Of a stretch of 64,000 nt of DNA, positions 29,418-40,342 are shown in pieces. Source of the stretch: Vulcanimicrobiota bacterium (GTDB lineage: Bacteria > Vulcanimicrobiota > Xenobia > Xenobiales > JADMJV01); assembly GCA_050250895.1 (NCBI GenBank), contig JBFWNU010000008.1, forward strand, positions 256,001-320,000, in the 5' to 3' direction. Positions within the stretch are counted from its first letter, which is position 1. Every line of letters starts with the position of its first letter. The position numbers were made by a program, and so were the translations under genes. A model generated the notes under the pieces. The model was not told where the DNA came from, ran no database searches, and was given only the letters and a program-made list of their open reading frames with translations.

Positions 29418-30832
29418 ACCGACGCCGTGACCGGCCTGGGAGCCGACTTCATCGGGCGCTCGGCGGGACGGCTCATGAACTTGCCGTGACCCTTCTGGCC
29501 GATGAACTTGCCTTCTTCAAACGACAGTAGTCCGCGCACGAAGACGTGGCTGGGACGACCCTCGATGGCCATTCCCTCGTAGACGTTCGAGTCGCCGGCG
29601 CTGTGATGGGTCTTGGCCGAGATGGTGCCGCGGTAGCTGGGATCATAGATCATCACATCGGCGTCGCTACCGGGGGCGATGGTGCCTTTGTTGGGATACA
29701 GGCCGAACAGCTTGGCCGGGTTGGTACAGCAGACCTCGACCATCCGATTGATGGTGATGCGGTCACGGCAGACGCCGTAGGTATACATCACGTTCATCCG
29801 TTCTTCCAGTCCGTTGAGCCCGTTGGGGATCTTGCGGAAGTCGTCGCGACCCATGTCTTTCTGGCCCTTGAAGTCGAAGGTGCAGTGGTCGGTACCCACC
29901 GTCTGGATGATTCCGTTGGCCAGGGCTCCCCACAGAGCTTCTTGATCGTGCTGCTTGCGAATTGGGGGCGACAGGACGTACTTGGCCCCTTCGAAGTTGG
30001 GCAGATCGTAGACACTGTCGTCTAGCACCAGATATTGGGGACAGGTCTCGCCATACGACTCCCACCCGCGCGTGCGGGCGCGGGCCAGTTCTTCGACCGA
30101 CTCGCGGGCCGTCATGTGGACGATGTAGGCCGGTTGGTCGGCCAAAAATCCCAACTCGAGAATGCGACCGGTGGCCTCCCCCTCAGCGTAGGGAGGTTGG
30201 CACAGAGGGTGGTAGTGGGGAGTGAGCTTGCCTTCGGCGGCAAAGCGCGTGGCCAGAGCGTTGAGCACATCGCCGTTGACGGCATGCGCGGTCACCAGTC
30301 CGCCCCGCTCGCGCACCTCGAGCATCAACTCGAAGATGGCCTCGTCAGAGATCATCAGTGCCCCTTTATAAGCCGTGAACACCTTGAAGCTGGTGATGCC
30401 GCGTTCGAAACACATATCGAGTTCCGAGCGGATGGATTCGTTCCAGTCGGTGATCGCCATGTGGAACGAGTAGTCGCAATAGGTGAGGCCTTTGGACTTG
30501 GCGTCCCACACCTCGAGCGCTTCTTTGAGGCTTTGACCTTTGGCCGGCAGGCAGAACTCGATGATCGAGGTAGTGCCCCCGGCCACCGCGCACCGGGTGC
30601 CGGTGCTGAAATCGTCTTTGGAGACCGTGCCCATGAAGGGCATGGCCAGGTGGCAGTGGACGTCGATGCCGCCGGGCATGACGTACTTGCCCTTGGCGTC
30701 ATAGATCTTGTCGACCCCGTCGGTGGGGAGGTTGTGGCCGACGGCGACGATTTTTTCGCCATCGATCAGCAGGTCTGCTTTGAAGGTTTCGGCGGCATTG
30801 ACGATCTCGCCGTTCTGGATGAGAATTTTCAT
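29414..30832 (-). CDS. hydA: Dihydropyrimidinase (hydantoinase)
   Basis: [27 protein letters not shown] and TDHC; GGAGG RBS before ATG 30832. Confidence 0.93.
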   Translation of the reverse strand: MKILIQNGEIVNAAETFKADLLIDGEKIVAVGHNLPTDGVDKIYDAKGKYVMPGGIDVHCHLAMPFMGTVSKDDFSTGTRCAVAGGTTSIIEFCLPAKGQSLKEALEVWDAKSKGLTYCDYSFHMAITDWNESIRSELDMCFERGITSFKVFTAYKGALMISDEAIFELMLEVRERGGLVTAHAVNGDVLNALATRFAAEGKLTPHYHPLCQPPYAEGEATGRILELGFLADQPAYIVHMTARESVEELARARTRGWESYGETCPQYLVLDDSVYDLPNFEGAKYVLSPPIRKQHDQEALWGALANGIIQTVGTDHCTFDFKGQKDMGRDDFRKIPNGLNGLEERMNVMYTYGVCRDRITINRMVEVCCTNPAKLFGLYPNKGTIAPGSDADVMIYDPSYRGTISAKTHHSAGDSNVYEGMAIEGRPSHVFVRGLLSFEEGKFIGQKGHGKFMSRPAERPMKSAPRPVTASV

Positions 30833-30961
30833 GGTTCCTCCTCGCGGGCGCGCCCTGGGCCTGTGCCCGCTCGCCCCAGATTCCGTGGTCGAGGGGTGGC
30901 CTCCTTCCTGAGCCCGCGAGCCGGAGAGGGGCATCCATCCAGGCGTAGAATAGCGGCGCCC

Positions 30962-31594
30962 ATGGCGCTCCACGTAATCGAGCATCCGCTCGTCCAACAT
31001 AAACTCACGCTCTTGCGAAAGACCGAGACGGGACCCAAGGATTTTCGGGAACTGGTCGAAGAGATCGCGGCTTTGATGGCTTACGAGTGCACTCGTGAGT
31101 TGCCGCTGGAGGAGGTCGAGATCGAAACGCCGTTGACCCGGGCCTTCGGGCGCGCCATCGTGGGCAAGAAACTGGGCATCGTGCCCATCTTGAGGGCCGG
31201 GCTGGGAATGCTGGGCGGCATCTTGCGATTGATTCCCAACGCCAAGGTGGGACACATCGGTCTTTACCGCGACGAAAAGACCTTGCAGCCCGTCGAATAC
31301 TACTGTAAGTTGCCCGAAGACCTGCCCGATCGTGATGTCTTGCTGTTGGACCCGATGCTGGCCACGGGTGGCTCGGCGGCGGCGGCAGTCGAGTTTCTCA
31401 AAGCCCGCGGAGCCCGCAGCCAGAGCATAAAATTCCTCTGCTTGTTGGCCTCTCCGCAGGGGATCGCCACGTTGCGAGAATCCGACCCCGAGGTCGATAT
31501 CTACACCGCCAGCGTCGACGATCGACTCAACGACAAGGGCTACATTCTGCCGGGTCTGGGCGATGCCGGCGATCGCATTTTTGGAACCCTATGA
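30962..31594 (+). CDS. upp: Uracil phosphoribosyltransferase
   Basis: [25 protein letters not shown] and [12 protein letters not shown]. Confidence 0.97.
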   Translation: MALHVIEHPLVQHKLTLLRKTETGPKDFRELVEEIAALMAYECTRELPLEEVEIETPLTRAFGRAIVGKKLGIVPILRAGLGMLGGILRLIPNAKVGHIGLYRDEKTLQPVEYYCKLPEDLPDRDVLLLDPMLATGGSAAAAVEFLKARGARSQSIKFLCLLASPQGIATLRESDPEVDIYTASVDDRLNDKGYILPGLGDAGDRIFGTL

Positions 31595-32079
31595 GACCGA
31601 CGGTACTACTGCTGGCCTTGCTGTTCCTGGCACCGGCCATCGCCTATGAGAACAAAGAGTTGGGGGTGCGCTTCGCCGAGCCAGAAGGCTGGGAAGCCCG
31701 CGAGGCAGAGCGCGGCGCTCTGGTTCGCTACTATGCTCCCAGGGCCCCCGGTCCGCGGGCCAGCGTCGGCTTATTGATCGAGCCGATGAAGAGTGACGCC
31801 CCCCTGACCCGCTCGCAGGTGCTGGGAGTGGTAAGGCAGCTGGCCAGCCGCTATGACGACTACCACCTGGAAGGTAGCAAGGAAGTCGAGTTGGCCGGCG
31901 TCAGCGGCCACCTGGTGAGCTACACGGCCGAGCAGAAGAAGACGCAACTGGCCGCCACCCAGGTGTTCTTACTGAGGCAGCACCGGCTCTATGTATTTAC
32001 TTTGGTTTCGAGTCCGGAGGCCCACCCGACCTACCGGCAGCACCTGCAAAAGGTGCTCGACAGCGTCGAATGGCTCTGA
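31591..32079 (+). CDS. PsbP/DcrB-like exported protein
   Basis: Signal peptide; F..PEGW... and final F..VLDS pattern. Confidence 0.65.
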   Translation: MRPTVLLLALLFLAPAIAYENKELGVRFAEPEGWEAREAERGALVRYYAPRAPGPRASVGLLIEPMKSDAPLTRSQVLGVVRQLASRYDDYHLEGSKEVELAGVSGHLVSYTAEQKKTQLAATQVFLLRQHRLYVFTLVSSPEAHPTYRQHLQKVLDSVEWL

Positions 32080-32144
32080 GCCAGCGATGTAAACAGTTTA
32101 TGATTCGACCACCGGTGAGCCGAAGCTGTGCTATAATTGGGAGA

Positions 32145-32633
32145 ATGGATCGGGTCCGGACAAGGCGCAACCGTGGCCTTTCGCTACTGGAGATTCTGAT
32201 CACCATCATGCTGCTGACCGTGGTGGTGTTGACTTTTGCCGCCATCTATCCCAGCGGGTATCGCCTCAATCGCAAGAGCGCCAAAGCCACGGTTGCCGCA
32301 CAAACGGCGAATGCCATCGCCGAAGAGATCCAAAACCTGCCTCTGACCAATGACGCGGGAGGGCTCTCTCTGGCCTTCATGGCCGACAACCCTTACCAGG
32401 CCGGCACCGGTCCCTATGCCAACTTCCCCCGGACCGAAATTCCGCCGGGCTTTGTGCTCGAGGATGTGACCGGTGTCAAAGTCACGACCTATGACCTGGT
32501 AACCGGTGGAGCCCCCACTGACCTCGCGGTCTTCGCCAACGTCCAGGTCACCATCGGCTTTAAGGAGGAGCGGACCCGCGGTGACGAGCTGATTCGGGTA
32601 ACCGTGACCGCATCCAAGACGTGGAACCGCTAA
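32145..32633 (+). CDS. Type IV minor pilin, PilV-like
   Basis: Class III signal RG|LSLLEILITIMLL. Confidence 0.85.
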   Translation: MDRVRTRRNRGLSLLEILITIMLLTVVVLTFAAIYPSGYRLNRKSAKATVAAQTANAIAEEIQNLPLTNDAGGLSLAFMADNPYQAGTGPYANFPRTEIPPGFVLEDVTGVKVTTYDLVTGGAPTDLAVFANVQVTIGFKEERTRGDELIRVTVTASKTWNR

Positions 32634-33496
32634 GCAAGAGAGCTTTCACTCTGATCGAGGCGGTGGTGGCCGCCGCCCTGCTGGTGATTTTGGGAACCGT
32701 CATCTGGCAGTTGCTTTCTTTTGGGATTCGAGCCCACGGTAAAGGAGAGGCCCATCGTCTGGCCCAGTCCAACGCCCGCCAGATTCTCGATCTTTTAACC
32801 TCAGAGTTGCGGTCGGCGGTGGTCTTGCCAGTGGCGACTCCAACTCTCAAGTCGGCCGTGCTCTGGCCCGATCCCTGGGGGACCCAGGGTGGTGTCGCCT
32901 TCGACCCGGCCACTTTCTATCCCCGGGTCGAGCAAAACGAGGGCACCACCAATCCTATCCTCTTCGACCAGGTCAGCAACCGGGTCATCTTCTCGCGGGC
33001 CGGGCGGCAGACCGGTGACCAGACCTTCACCTCGATCGATCTGGCCGACTACGTATATGTCGAATATCTGGTGCCCGAGGCGGCCCGCCACACCCTGGTC
33101 CGAAACGTCTATACCACCCAGGGCCTGACCGCCCTGGCTACCCAGAACATCAACGACGCTCAGGGGGATTCCAATCTCGAGTGGTTGGTCGAGCCAAGCT
33201 ATTTTGACGGGCAGAGCAACTTGCAGGCTCGCGAGGTGGTGGCCGAACTAAACGATCGCAACGACCGCATCAACTTCAAGGTGATGCATCCCCGTTACGA
33301 GAACCCGGCCGACGCCGCTGGCACCATCGATCCCGAGTTGTTCGATCCCCGGGTTTTCAAGGTCGAGGTTGAGGTCGGGGTCGGCCAGACCGAGCAGCAG
33401 GTCGACGGTCAGGATTTTGGCCCAGGAGACACCTTTAACGGCTACGAGAAACTTGACGGGCAGGTGCGGGTGCAATCCGCAGAAACAGTGAGGTGA
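32621..33496 (+). CDS. Type IV minor pilin, PilW/GspJ-like
   Basis: RA|FTLIEAVVA. Confidence 0.85.
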   Translation: MEPLSKRAFTLIEAVVAAALLVILGTVIWQLLSFGIRAHGKGEAHRLAQSNARQILDLLTSELRSAVVLPVATPTLKSAVLWPDPWGTQGGVAFDPATFYPRVEQNEGTTNPILFDQVSNRVIFSRAGRQTGDQTFTSIDLADYVYVEYLVPEAARHTLVRNVYTTQGLTALATQNINDAQGDSNLEWLVEPSYFDGQSNLQAREVVAELNDRNDRINFKVMHPRYENPADAAGTIDPELFDPRVFKVEVEVGVGQTEQQVDGQDFGPGDTFNGYEKLDGQVRVQSAETVR

Positions 33497-35766
33497 CAAC
33501 CATGAAGGTCAACAAGAGAAGGGGCATTTCGCTCATTCTGGCACTGTTCACCACGGTGGTGCTGCTCACGTTGAGCATTGCCTTCATCGCCCTGGCCCTG
33601 GGTGAGGCGCGCACTTCTCGTTCGGCCTCTTACGCCGTAGTGGCATCCAACACCGCGAACTGGGGCATCGAGTTCACCCTCAACTACATGGGACGCGGGG
33701 GCAATTGGTCCACCCAGTTCAGCCCCCTCGACTTCACCGTCTTCGAGGTGCTTAACGCCGCTCAGCCCAACGGTCAGGTGCACCTGACCGGTCCCGACGG
33801 CAATCTGTCAGCCACCGTCACCGTGCCTGCCACCGGAGACCCAAACACCCGCCTGGTCACCATCACCGGGCCTGGCCCCGGCGGTGCGCCCGTGGTAGTG
33901 GGCTCGGGGTCTGAGCAGTTGCTCGGTCAAGTCGAGGTCGAGGTGACCCCCATCAAGGTTACCGGCATCGCCGGCCAGCAGCCCCAGTTTCAGCTGATCT
34001 CGCGGGCTCGAGTTACCCGGCCCGGCGGTGAGCAGGTGGCCAGCCGTGTGATCGAGGCCCGGGTGCGCCAGAAGCCCGAGACTTCCGATCTGATGCACAT
34101 CCAAAATTTGCGGAGTTGGGACGCCCAGGGAGCCGGTGTTGGCAATCCCGAGATGGCCGATAAAATTCTGGTGCCCCGAAGCTTCAAGGCCGACGGCACC
34201 GTGCGCATCACCGGCACCGACCCGGCGGTACCCGGGGCTCCCTGGGCCACCCAGTCTGGCAATGTGCGCCTGGAGAACCCCGACTCCCAGAATCTGGCCT
34301 TCGAAGGACCGTTGTTCATCAACCGCCTCGGCAATCTCGGTCCGACTGGCAACAGCTTTCTGCAGCCTGACCTGGCTGCTTACCAGGGCGGAGTATTTTT
34401 CGGCTCCGATTTCGTCCCGCTCCCCGATGTCAGCTTCTATCTCAACCGCGACAAAGACGGCAACGGCTCGGTCAACCAGGCGGGCACCATCAACAACTTC
34501 GATTTGGCCAACGCCGGCGAGGAGCGTGGCTTGCTCTACGCCGCCTCGATCGATACCAACGGCGACCCCGTGCCCCAGGGGCAACTGGTGAGCGGCTACT
34601 ATCCGGTCAACCGCACTCTGGTCGAGGCCGGCCACCAGGCTCATCCCCGGTTGCCCGACGCTTCCGCCTCTCTGCCGGTGACGCTGCAAGACTACCGGCC
34701 TCCGACCCCCGAGGTCGAGATCGTGCTGATGGACGGCGGCATGATCCAGGTCAACTACTGGGAGACCAACTTTGGGGACGGCGGGATTTCCAACACCGAC
34801 GGCTCGCTCAATTCGGTGGGAGCCAGCCAGGGCAATGTGGGACGCGTTGGCCAGCCCTTCCACATCAGCCAGCTCAAGCATGGCACCATCTATGTCGAGG
34901 GTGGCAATGCCGTGGTGCGCTCTGAACTGTCGGGCGGTGAGGCTTCCGAATTCGAAGGACGCCTTCAGATCGTGGCTGCCGAAGACGCCTCGCGCCGGCC
35001 GATCGCTGGCGCCAATCCGCCTGCCTACAACAACGTGGCCGGGTCGATCTACAATCAGGCTGCCCGCGAGTTCTTCAACTATCAGAAGACGCTGGTCGAA
35101 TTGCCCAGTGACGATCCTAACTACGTTCCCCCCGAGAATTTCCATGCTCCGCCCTATACCGGCGCCGAACTCCGGGCGGCTGCCGCCTCGGGCATCGTTA
35201 CCTCGCCCGTCAACGGGCTGCCCAACGACGGCACCGTGTACTGGCCCCCGCCAGCGGCCACGGTCGATCGAGAAGGCAATCTGGTGGTGGCCGGTGATAT
35301 CAAGAAGTCACAAAACACCAATTCGGTCATCGGTTTGTCGGCCGAGAATTTCGTCTTGCTCAACGACCGCACCGCCGGCCTCAAGCAGAACCCGAAAGAG
35401 CTGGTGGTCGATGCCGTGCTGATGAGCTTCGAGCACTCGGTGCAGCTCGACTGGGACAACACTGGCAACAACCGGGTCAAGGTGGGCAACAACGACCTCC
35501 ACGATGTGTTGGTGGCCCCCGGCTTCAACGGCAAGTTCGTCTATCAGGGCTCGCTGATCAGCGCCTTTTCCGATGTGGAAGGCGATGTCAACGGCAAGGG
35601 TTATCCCGACCAGGACCTTACCCATGACCGCGACCTGCTGAACGTGACCCCACCCTTCCAGCCGCGGGCCTTGCTCGCCAACTACCCCAACGAGCAGATT
35701 TCGATCGAGTGGCAGATCAAGCAGTACGTCGACCGCGGTAGCCTCAACACCTATCTCACCAATTGA
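33493..35766 (+). CDS. PilX/GspK-like protein with a large C-terminal domain
   Basis: RRG|ISLILAL without Glu5; 757 aa; DKDGNG Ca-binding-like motif. Confidence 0.8.
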   Translation: MTTMKVNKRRGISLILALFTTVVLLTLSIAFIALALGEARTSRSASYAVVASNTANWGIEFTLNYMGRGGNWSTQFSPLDFTVFEVLNAAQPNGQVHLTGPDGNLSATVTVPATGDPNTRLVTITGPGPGGAPVVVGSGSEQLLGQVEVEVTPIKVTGIAGQQPQFQLISRARVTRPGGEQVASRVIEARVRQKPETSDLMHIQNLRSWDAQGAGVGNPEMADKILVPRSFKADGTVRITGTDPAVPGAPWATQSGNVRLENPDSQNLAFEGPLFINRLGNLGPTGNSFLQPDLAAYQGGVFFGSDFVPLPDVSFYLNRDKDGNGSVNQAGTINNFDLANAGEERGLLYAASIDTNGDPVPQGQLVSGYYPVNRTLVEAGHQAHPRLPDASASLPVTLQDYRPPTPEVEIVLMDGGMIQVNYWETNFGDGGISNTDGSLNSVGASQGNVGRVGQPFHISQLKHGTIYVEGGNAVVRSELSGGEASEFEGRLQIVAAEDASRRPIAGANPPAYNNVAGSIYNQAAREFFNYQKTLVELPSDDPNYVPPENFHAPPYTGAELRAAAASGIVTSPVNGLPNDGTVYWPPPAATVDREGNLVVAGDIKKSQNTNSVIGLSAENFVLLNDRTAGLKQNPKELVVDAVLMSFEHSVQLDWDNTGNNRVKVGNNDLHDVLVAPGFNGKFVYQGSLISAFSDVEGDVNGKGYPDQDLTHDRDLLNVTPPFQPRALLANYPNEQISIEWQIKQYVDRGSLNTYLTN

Positions 35767-37097
35767 ACCAGTATCGTCACTCCAGCAGATTAGACTTCAC
35801 CCCTGCGCAAGTCTACGACTGGCACGTGCGAGCGGGAGCTTTTCCACGCCTGGTTCCACCCTGGACTCCGGTCAAGATGCTCGAGGGCCAGGCCACGATC
35901 GAAGAGGGGTCGATCCGCCGTCTCGGCCTCGGCTTTGGGCCCTGGCAGGCGCACTGGGTCGCTCTTCATCGAGACTTTGAGCCTGGCCGGCAGTTTGTCG
36001 ACGAGCAACTGCACGGGCCTTTCTCGAGTTGGGTTCATACCCACCGATTTGAGCCCGACGGAGAAGGCTGCCGATTAGACGATCGGATTGACTATCGGTT
36101 TCCCTTCGGCTTGCCCCTGGGCGGTCTTTTTCGCCCGGAACTCGAGCGCATGTTCACCTACCGCCACCAGCGCACTCGCCGCGACCTGGAGCGCCATCAG
36201 GGAGTGGCCCCGCTCAAAGTGGCCATTTCGGGTAGGTCGGGGCTGATCGGAGGGAACCTTGCTCCTTTCTTGCAGGGCGGCTGCCATCAGGTTCTCTCGC
36301 TGGTGCGCCACCAGCCGGCCAGTCCCGACGAGGCTCGCTGGCTTCCCGAGACGGACCTGGCGGCCCTCGAGGGGGTCGACGCCGTGGTGCATCTGGCCGG
36401 GGAATCGGTGGCCGGCCTGTGGACCAAAGCTCGCAAGAGCCGCATCCTCGAGTCGCGACGCGCGGGCACCGTGACTCTGTGCCGGGCCCTGGCCCGGTTG
36501 AAGAACCCTCCTCGGGTATTGGTCTGTGCTTCGGCGGTCGGTTACTACGGCCACCGCGACGAGCAGATCCTCGACGAGACATCGACCTCGGGGGAAGGCT
36601 TCCTGGCCGAGGTGTGTCGCGATTGGGAAGAGGCCACCGAGCCGGCTCGAACAGCCGGGATTCGGGTCGTCAACCTGCGCATCGGCGTGGTGCTGACCCC
36701 GGCCGGAGGCGCGCTGGGCGCGATGTTCTGGCCATTCTGGCTAGGCCTCGGAGCGATAGCAGGCAGCGGTCGGCAATACGTCAGCTGGATTTCTCTAGAC
36801 GACCTTATCGGCATGATCTATCATGCCATTTTGACCGAGGAGCTTCACGGGCCCGTCAATGCCGTCGGTCCCGAACCGGTGACCCAGGCTGAGTTCGCCC
36901 GCACCCTCGGTCGCGTTCTGCGCCGGCCGGTGCTGGCCCGGGCTCCGGAAAGTCTGCTGAGGTTGGCCCTGGGTGAGGCCTCGGCTATCGTGCTCGAGAG
37001 CACCCGGGTCCTACCAAGACGGGCCATCGATTCGGGCTTTAGCTTCTATTCGAACGAGCTCGAGTCGGCGCTACGCTGGGAGTTGGGTCGACTCTGA
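35763..37097 (+). CDS. TIGR01777-family oxidoreductase with an N-terminal SRPBCC domain
   Basis: WH.R.GAF.RL.PPW, GPF..W.HTHRF, SGRSGLIG, HLAGE and SAVGYYG. Confidence 0.9.
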   Translation: MNQYRHSSRLDFTPAQVYDWHVRAGAFPRLVPPWTPVKMLEGQATIEEGSIRRLGLGFGPWQAHWVALHRDFEPGRQFVDEQLHGPFSSWVHTHRFEPDGEGCRLDDRIDYRFPFGLPLGGLFRPELERMFTYRHQRTRRDLERHQGVAPLKVAISGRSGLIGGNLAPFLQGGCHQVLSLVRHQPASPDEARWLPETDLAALEGVDAVVHLAGESVAGLWTKARKSRILESRRAGTVTLCRALARLKNPPRVLVCASAVGYYGHRDEQILDETSTSGEGFLAEVCRDWEEATEPARTAGIRVVNLRIGVVLTPAGGALGAMFWPFWLGLGAIAGSGRQYVSWISLDDLIGMIYHAILTEELHGPVNAVGPEPVTQAEFARTLGRVLRRPVLARAPESLLRLALGEASAIVLESTRVLPRRAIDSGFSFYSNELESALRWELGRL

Positions 37098-37102
37098 CAG
37101 GA

Positions 37103-37140
37103 TTGATGCAGTGATGACAATGTGGTATGATCATGCATCA
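37103..37140 (+). promoter_or_regulatory. vapBC promoter/operator
   Basis: TTGATG-17-TATGAT; inverted TGATGCA...TGCATCA flanking it; no SD before ATG. Confidence 0.7.
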
Positions 37141-37391
37141 TGAGGACCACCATCACCATCGATGACCACCTTCTCGACGAGCTGAAAATCCGTGCCGCCA
37201 GATTAGGAACCACCGTCAGTCGCTTGATCGAAGAAGCGGTTCGGACCTCACTTCGCCCCGAGGGTGATGGCCAAAAGACCGATTTCCACGTGATCACCTA
37301 CGGCGGGACGGGTCGGTTCACGGAGATGGACTTGAATAAGACCTCTCGGCTAACCGAGTTTGATGACGCGGCTCGCTTTGCCGAGCACTGA
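37140..37391 (+). CDS. vapB: VapB antitoxin (RHH)
   Basis: MRTTITIDDHLLDELKIRAA...TVSRLIEEA. Confidence 0.88.
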   Translation: MRTTITIDDHLLDELKIRAARLGTTVSRLIEEAVRTSLRPEGDGQKTDFHVITYGGTGRFTEMDLNKTSRLTEFDDAARFAEH

Positions 37392-37825
37392 TGCTCCTGC
37401 CAGACATCAACGCGCTCATCTATGCCCACCGTAGCGACGGTCCCGAGCATGAGCTATTCAGGGAGTGGCTGGTCAGCCTGGTCACGTCGCCGTCGCCATT
37501 CGGCATGTCCGACTTTGTTATGACCGGCTTTGTGCGTATCGTCACCAATCGCCGTATCTTCTCCGAGCCGACGCCGAGGCCAGTGGCGGTCGGTTTCCTG
37601 GAAGAGTTGCTCGGACGAGCGAATTGTGTGCTGGTGCTACCTGGTGCTCGGCAGTGGCCTCTCACTGTTCGTCTGTGCGAAGAGGCCGACATCACCGGGT
37701 CCATGGTCAGCGACGCCTACCTGGCGGCTTTGGCCATCGACCACGGATGCGAACTTGTGACCACCGACAGTGATTTTGCCCGCTTTCCGGGCCTGCGCTG
37801 GTCGCATCCACTGGCTGCCCGCTGA
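37391..37825 (+). CDS. vapC: VapC PIN toxin
   Basis: PDINALIYA, DAYLAALA and TTDSDFARF; overlaps the vapB stop. Confidence 0.92.
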   Translation: MLLPDINALIYAHRSDGPEHELFREWLVSLVTSPSPFGMSDFVMTGFVRIVTNRRIFSEPTPRPVAVGFLEELLGRANCVLVLPGARQWPLTVRLCEEADITGSMVSDAYLAALAIDHGCELVTTDSDFARFPGLRWSHPLAAR

Positions 37826-37831
37826 GGTGCT

Positions 37832-39619
37832 CTAGCAACTCGGCTCTGCACTGGGAGCTGGACCGCCTCTGACCTCGCTGGGGGCCGGCAGGGCCACCGT
37901 GATCTTGGTGCCCACGCCCACCTGGCTCTCGGCCCAGACGCGGCCGCGGTGCATTTCGACAATCTCGCGCACGATGGCCAGACCCAGCCCGGTGCCGCCG
38001 ACTTTGCGCACCTCGCGACTGCGGAAGAAGTGCTCGAAGAGGTGGGGCAATTCCTCGGGGGGGATGCCCGGCCCGGTGTCTTCGATCTCCATTTGCCATT
38101 CGCTGCCTTCGAGCCGGGTTCGCACCGAAACCTGGCCTCCTTTGGGGGTGAATTTCACGGCGTTGTCGACCAGATTGATGATCACCTGTTTGAGCCGGTC
38201 GCGATCGACCGGCACCGGCGCCGGTCGTAAGCCTCCGCCCAGGTGAGCGCTCAGGGATACACCCTGACGTTCGGCGTGCACGGTCAGCATCTCGACCGCC
38301 TCGGAAACGACTTCTTCTAGCCGCACCGGCTCAAGCTCCAGAGTGAGCTTGCGGCTGCGCATCTTGGTCAGGTCGAGCAGGTCATTGACCAGGCGGGTAA
38401 GTCGGTCGGCCTCTTGATCGATGGTGACCAGCGGCTTGCGCAGGCCGGGGTCGAGTTCGGGCATGTCTATCAAGGTTGCGGCAAAGCCCTTGATGATGGT
38501 CAGGGGTGTGCGCAACTCGTGGCTGACCGAGCCGAGAAAGAGAGTTCGTACATCTTCGAGTCGGCGGATGTCGGTCATGTCGCGCAGGACTACCACGCAG
38601 GCCCGTTGGTCTTTTTCGTTGCGGTAGGGAAGGATGTAACAGCGAAAGATGCGGGGCGGCAGCCGCAGTTCGAAGGCTTCGGGGCCGGCCGCCGCCCCGC
38701 TTAGCAAGCGCTCGTCAGGTTCGATTGGCCAAACTTCGCCGAGGTGTTTGCCTTCAGCGTCCTGACGGGCTAGTTCGAGGGCTTTCTCGGCGGCCGGATT
38801 GAGATAAACGATTTCACGCTCGGCTCCGAGGCTCAGCACGGGGTCGGGCAAGGAAGCCAGCAAGGTGCGAATGCGGTTGCGTTCTGAAATCAGTTGGCCC
38901 AGTCGCTGTTGAAGCTGGGCGGCCATGTAATTGATGGTGTCTGCCAACTCCTCGAGTTCGACCAACCCCGAGCCCGTCTGGACTCTTTGTTCGAGGTCGC
39001 CCTGGGCGATCTTGGTGGCCGTCTGGCGTACCTGTTGAATCGGCAGAAGCAGGTTGCGGGCCAACAGCATCGCCCCCAGGCATGAAACGCAGAGGGCCAC
39101 GGCCAGGGCGGCAAAGAGTCGGTTTCTGAGAATCGCGAAGGTGTCGTCGAGTTCGCTCAGGCGTGACGAAATGTCCACGTAGCCCACGGTTCGGGGGGCC
39201 GGATACTCCAGCCGGATGGGGGTCGTGACATGGACGATCAGGGCACCCGTCTCGGGATGCTCGTTCCAGGTGAGGGGACGGTCCTGGCCAAGGGCATCGG
39301 GCTGCAGGCTGCCGCCGGGGTCCGAGGTGAGCGAGTCTCCGAGGATCTTGCCCTGCTCGTCGGCGATGCGGACCCGCGCCCTGGTCAGAGGCGGAAACTC
39401 TTTCATGACCCAGCGCGCCGATTCGGGCAGGTCGTCGGGGTGCTGAGTATACATGCTCATGAAGTGGCCCATCACCCGGCTCTGGGTGTTGAGTTGGGCC
39501 TCGGCCCGGCGCTCGAGGGAGCGCTCCATCCAGGAGAGGAAGAAAAAGCCGGTCAGGCTAAGGGATGCCGAAACGAGCAGAAGGTAGGTGAGAACCAGCC
39601 TTCCCTGAATCGTTTTCAT
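37832..39619 (-). CDS. PhoR/WalK-like sensor histidine kinase (HAMP-PAS-HisKA-HATPase)
   Basis: SHELRTPLT, NLVDNAVKF and GGTGLGLAI. Confidence 0.93.
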   Translation of the reverse strand: MKTIQGRLVLTYLLLVSASLSLTGFFFLSWMERSLERRAEAQLNTQSRVMGHFMSMYTQHPDDLPESARWVMKEFPPLTRARVRIADEQGKILGDSLTSDPGGSLQPDALGQDRPLTWNEHPETGALIVHVTTPIRLEYPAPRTVGYVDISSRLSELDDTFAILRNRLFAALAVALCVSCLGAMLLARNLLLPIQQVRQTATKIAQGDLEQRVQTGSGLVELEELADTINYMAAQLQQRLGQLISERNRIRTLLASLPDPVLSLGAEREIVYLNPAAEKALELARQDAEGKHLGEVWPIEPDERLLSGAAAGPEAFELRLPPRIFRCYILPYRNEKDQRACVVVLRDMTDIRRLEDVRTLFLGSVSHELRTPLTIIKGFAATLIDMPELDPGLRKPLVTIDQEADRLTRLVNDLLDLTKMRSRKLTLELEPVRLEEVVSEAVEMLTVHAERQGVSLSAHLGGGLRPAPVPVDRDRLKQVIINLVDNAVKFTPKGGQVSVRTRLEGSEWQMEIEDTGPGIPPEELPHLFEHFFRSREVRKVGGTGLGLAIVREIVEMHRGRVWAESQVGVGTKITVALPAPSEVRGGPAPSAEPSC

Positions 39620-40302
39620 CAGTCGAGGGCGAAGCGGTAGCCCTTACCCCACACCGTCTGAATGTACGACGCGGCTCCGCACTTGGAAAGCTTCTCTCGA
39701 ATGTAGCGGATGTGAACGTCGACACTGCGGGCGTCCAGGTGCTCTGACCCCCACACCTCGCGCAAGATCTCGTCGCGGCTGAGAATCTCTTCTTTGCGTG
39801 AGAGCAAGAACGTGATCAGGTCGTATTCGCGCGGGGTGAGGTCGACCTGCTCGCCGTTGACCGTGACGCGACGACGCAACAGGTCGATTTCGACTTGGTC
39901 GTAGCTCAAGATGGTGCCGGTGCCTCCTCCGCCGGTCACCTCGCTGCGGCGCAGCAGGGCTTTGACGCGTGCCACCACCTCTTTGGGGTTGAAGGGCTTG
40001 ACGATATAGTCATCGGCGCCCGTCTCGAGGCCCAAGATTTTGTCTACATCCTCGCCTCGCGCCGTCACCATGATGACAGGAATGGTCGAGAAACCCCGCA
40101 ATTCGGCGCACACTTGAAAGCCATCCATGTCGGGCAGTCCCACATCGAGAAGCATCAGGTCGGGCGAGCCCGAGCGGACCTGATCGAGGGCGGCTTTGCC
40201 ATGGTCGGCGGAGAGGACGGTGTAACCTTCGCGGATGAGGTTCATGGTCAAGATCTCGACGATGGCTTCTTCATCGTCGACGACCAGCACGGTTTTCGAC
40301 AT
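39619..40302 (-). CDS. OmpR/PhoB-family response regulator
   Basis: VVDDE, LDVGLP, KPF, VDVHI and TVWGKGY. Confidence 0.95.
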   Translation of the reverse strand: MSKTVLVVDDEEAIVEILTMNLIREGYTVLSADHGKAALDQVRSGSPDLMLLDVGLPDMDGFQVCAELRGFSTIPVIMVTARGEDVDKILGLETGADDYIVKPFNPKEVVARVKALLRRSEVTGGGGTGTILSYDQVEIDLLRRRVTVNGEQVDLTPREYDLITFLLSRKEEILSRDEILREVWGSEHLDARSVDVHIRYIREKLSKCGAASYIQTVWGKGYRFALD

Positions 40303-40342
40303 ACTGGCGGGTTCGACTTACATGCCGGCTGGCCTTCCGCGG

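Noticed and set aside
29414-31594. Apparent long overlapping 613-aa and 519-aa ORFs
   Set aside because: These are antisense in-frame extensions. The true starts are 30832 (hydA) and 30962 (upp).
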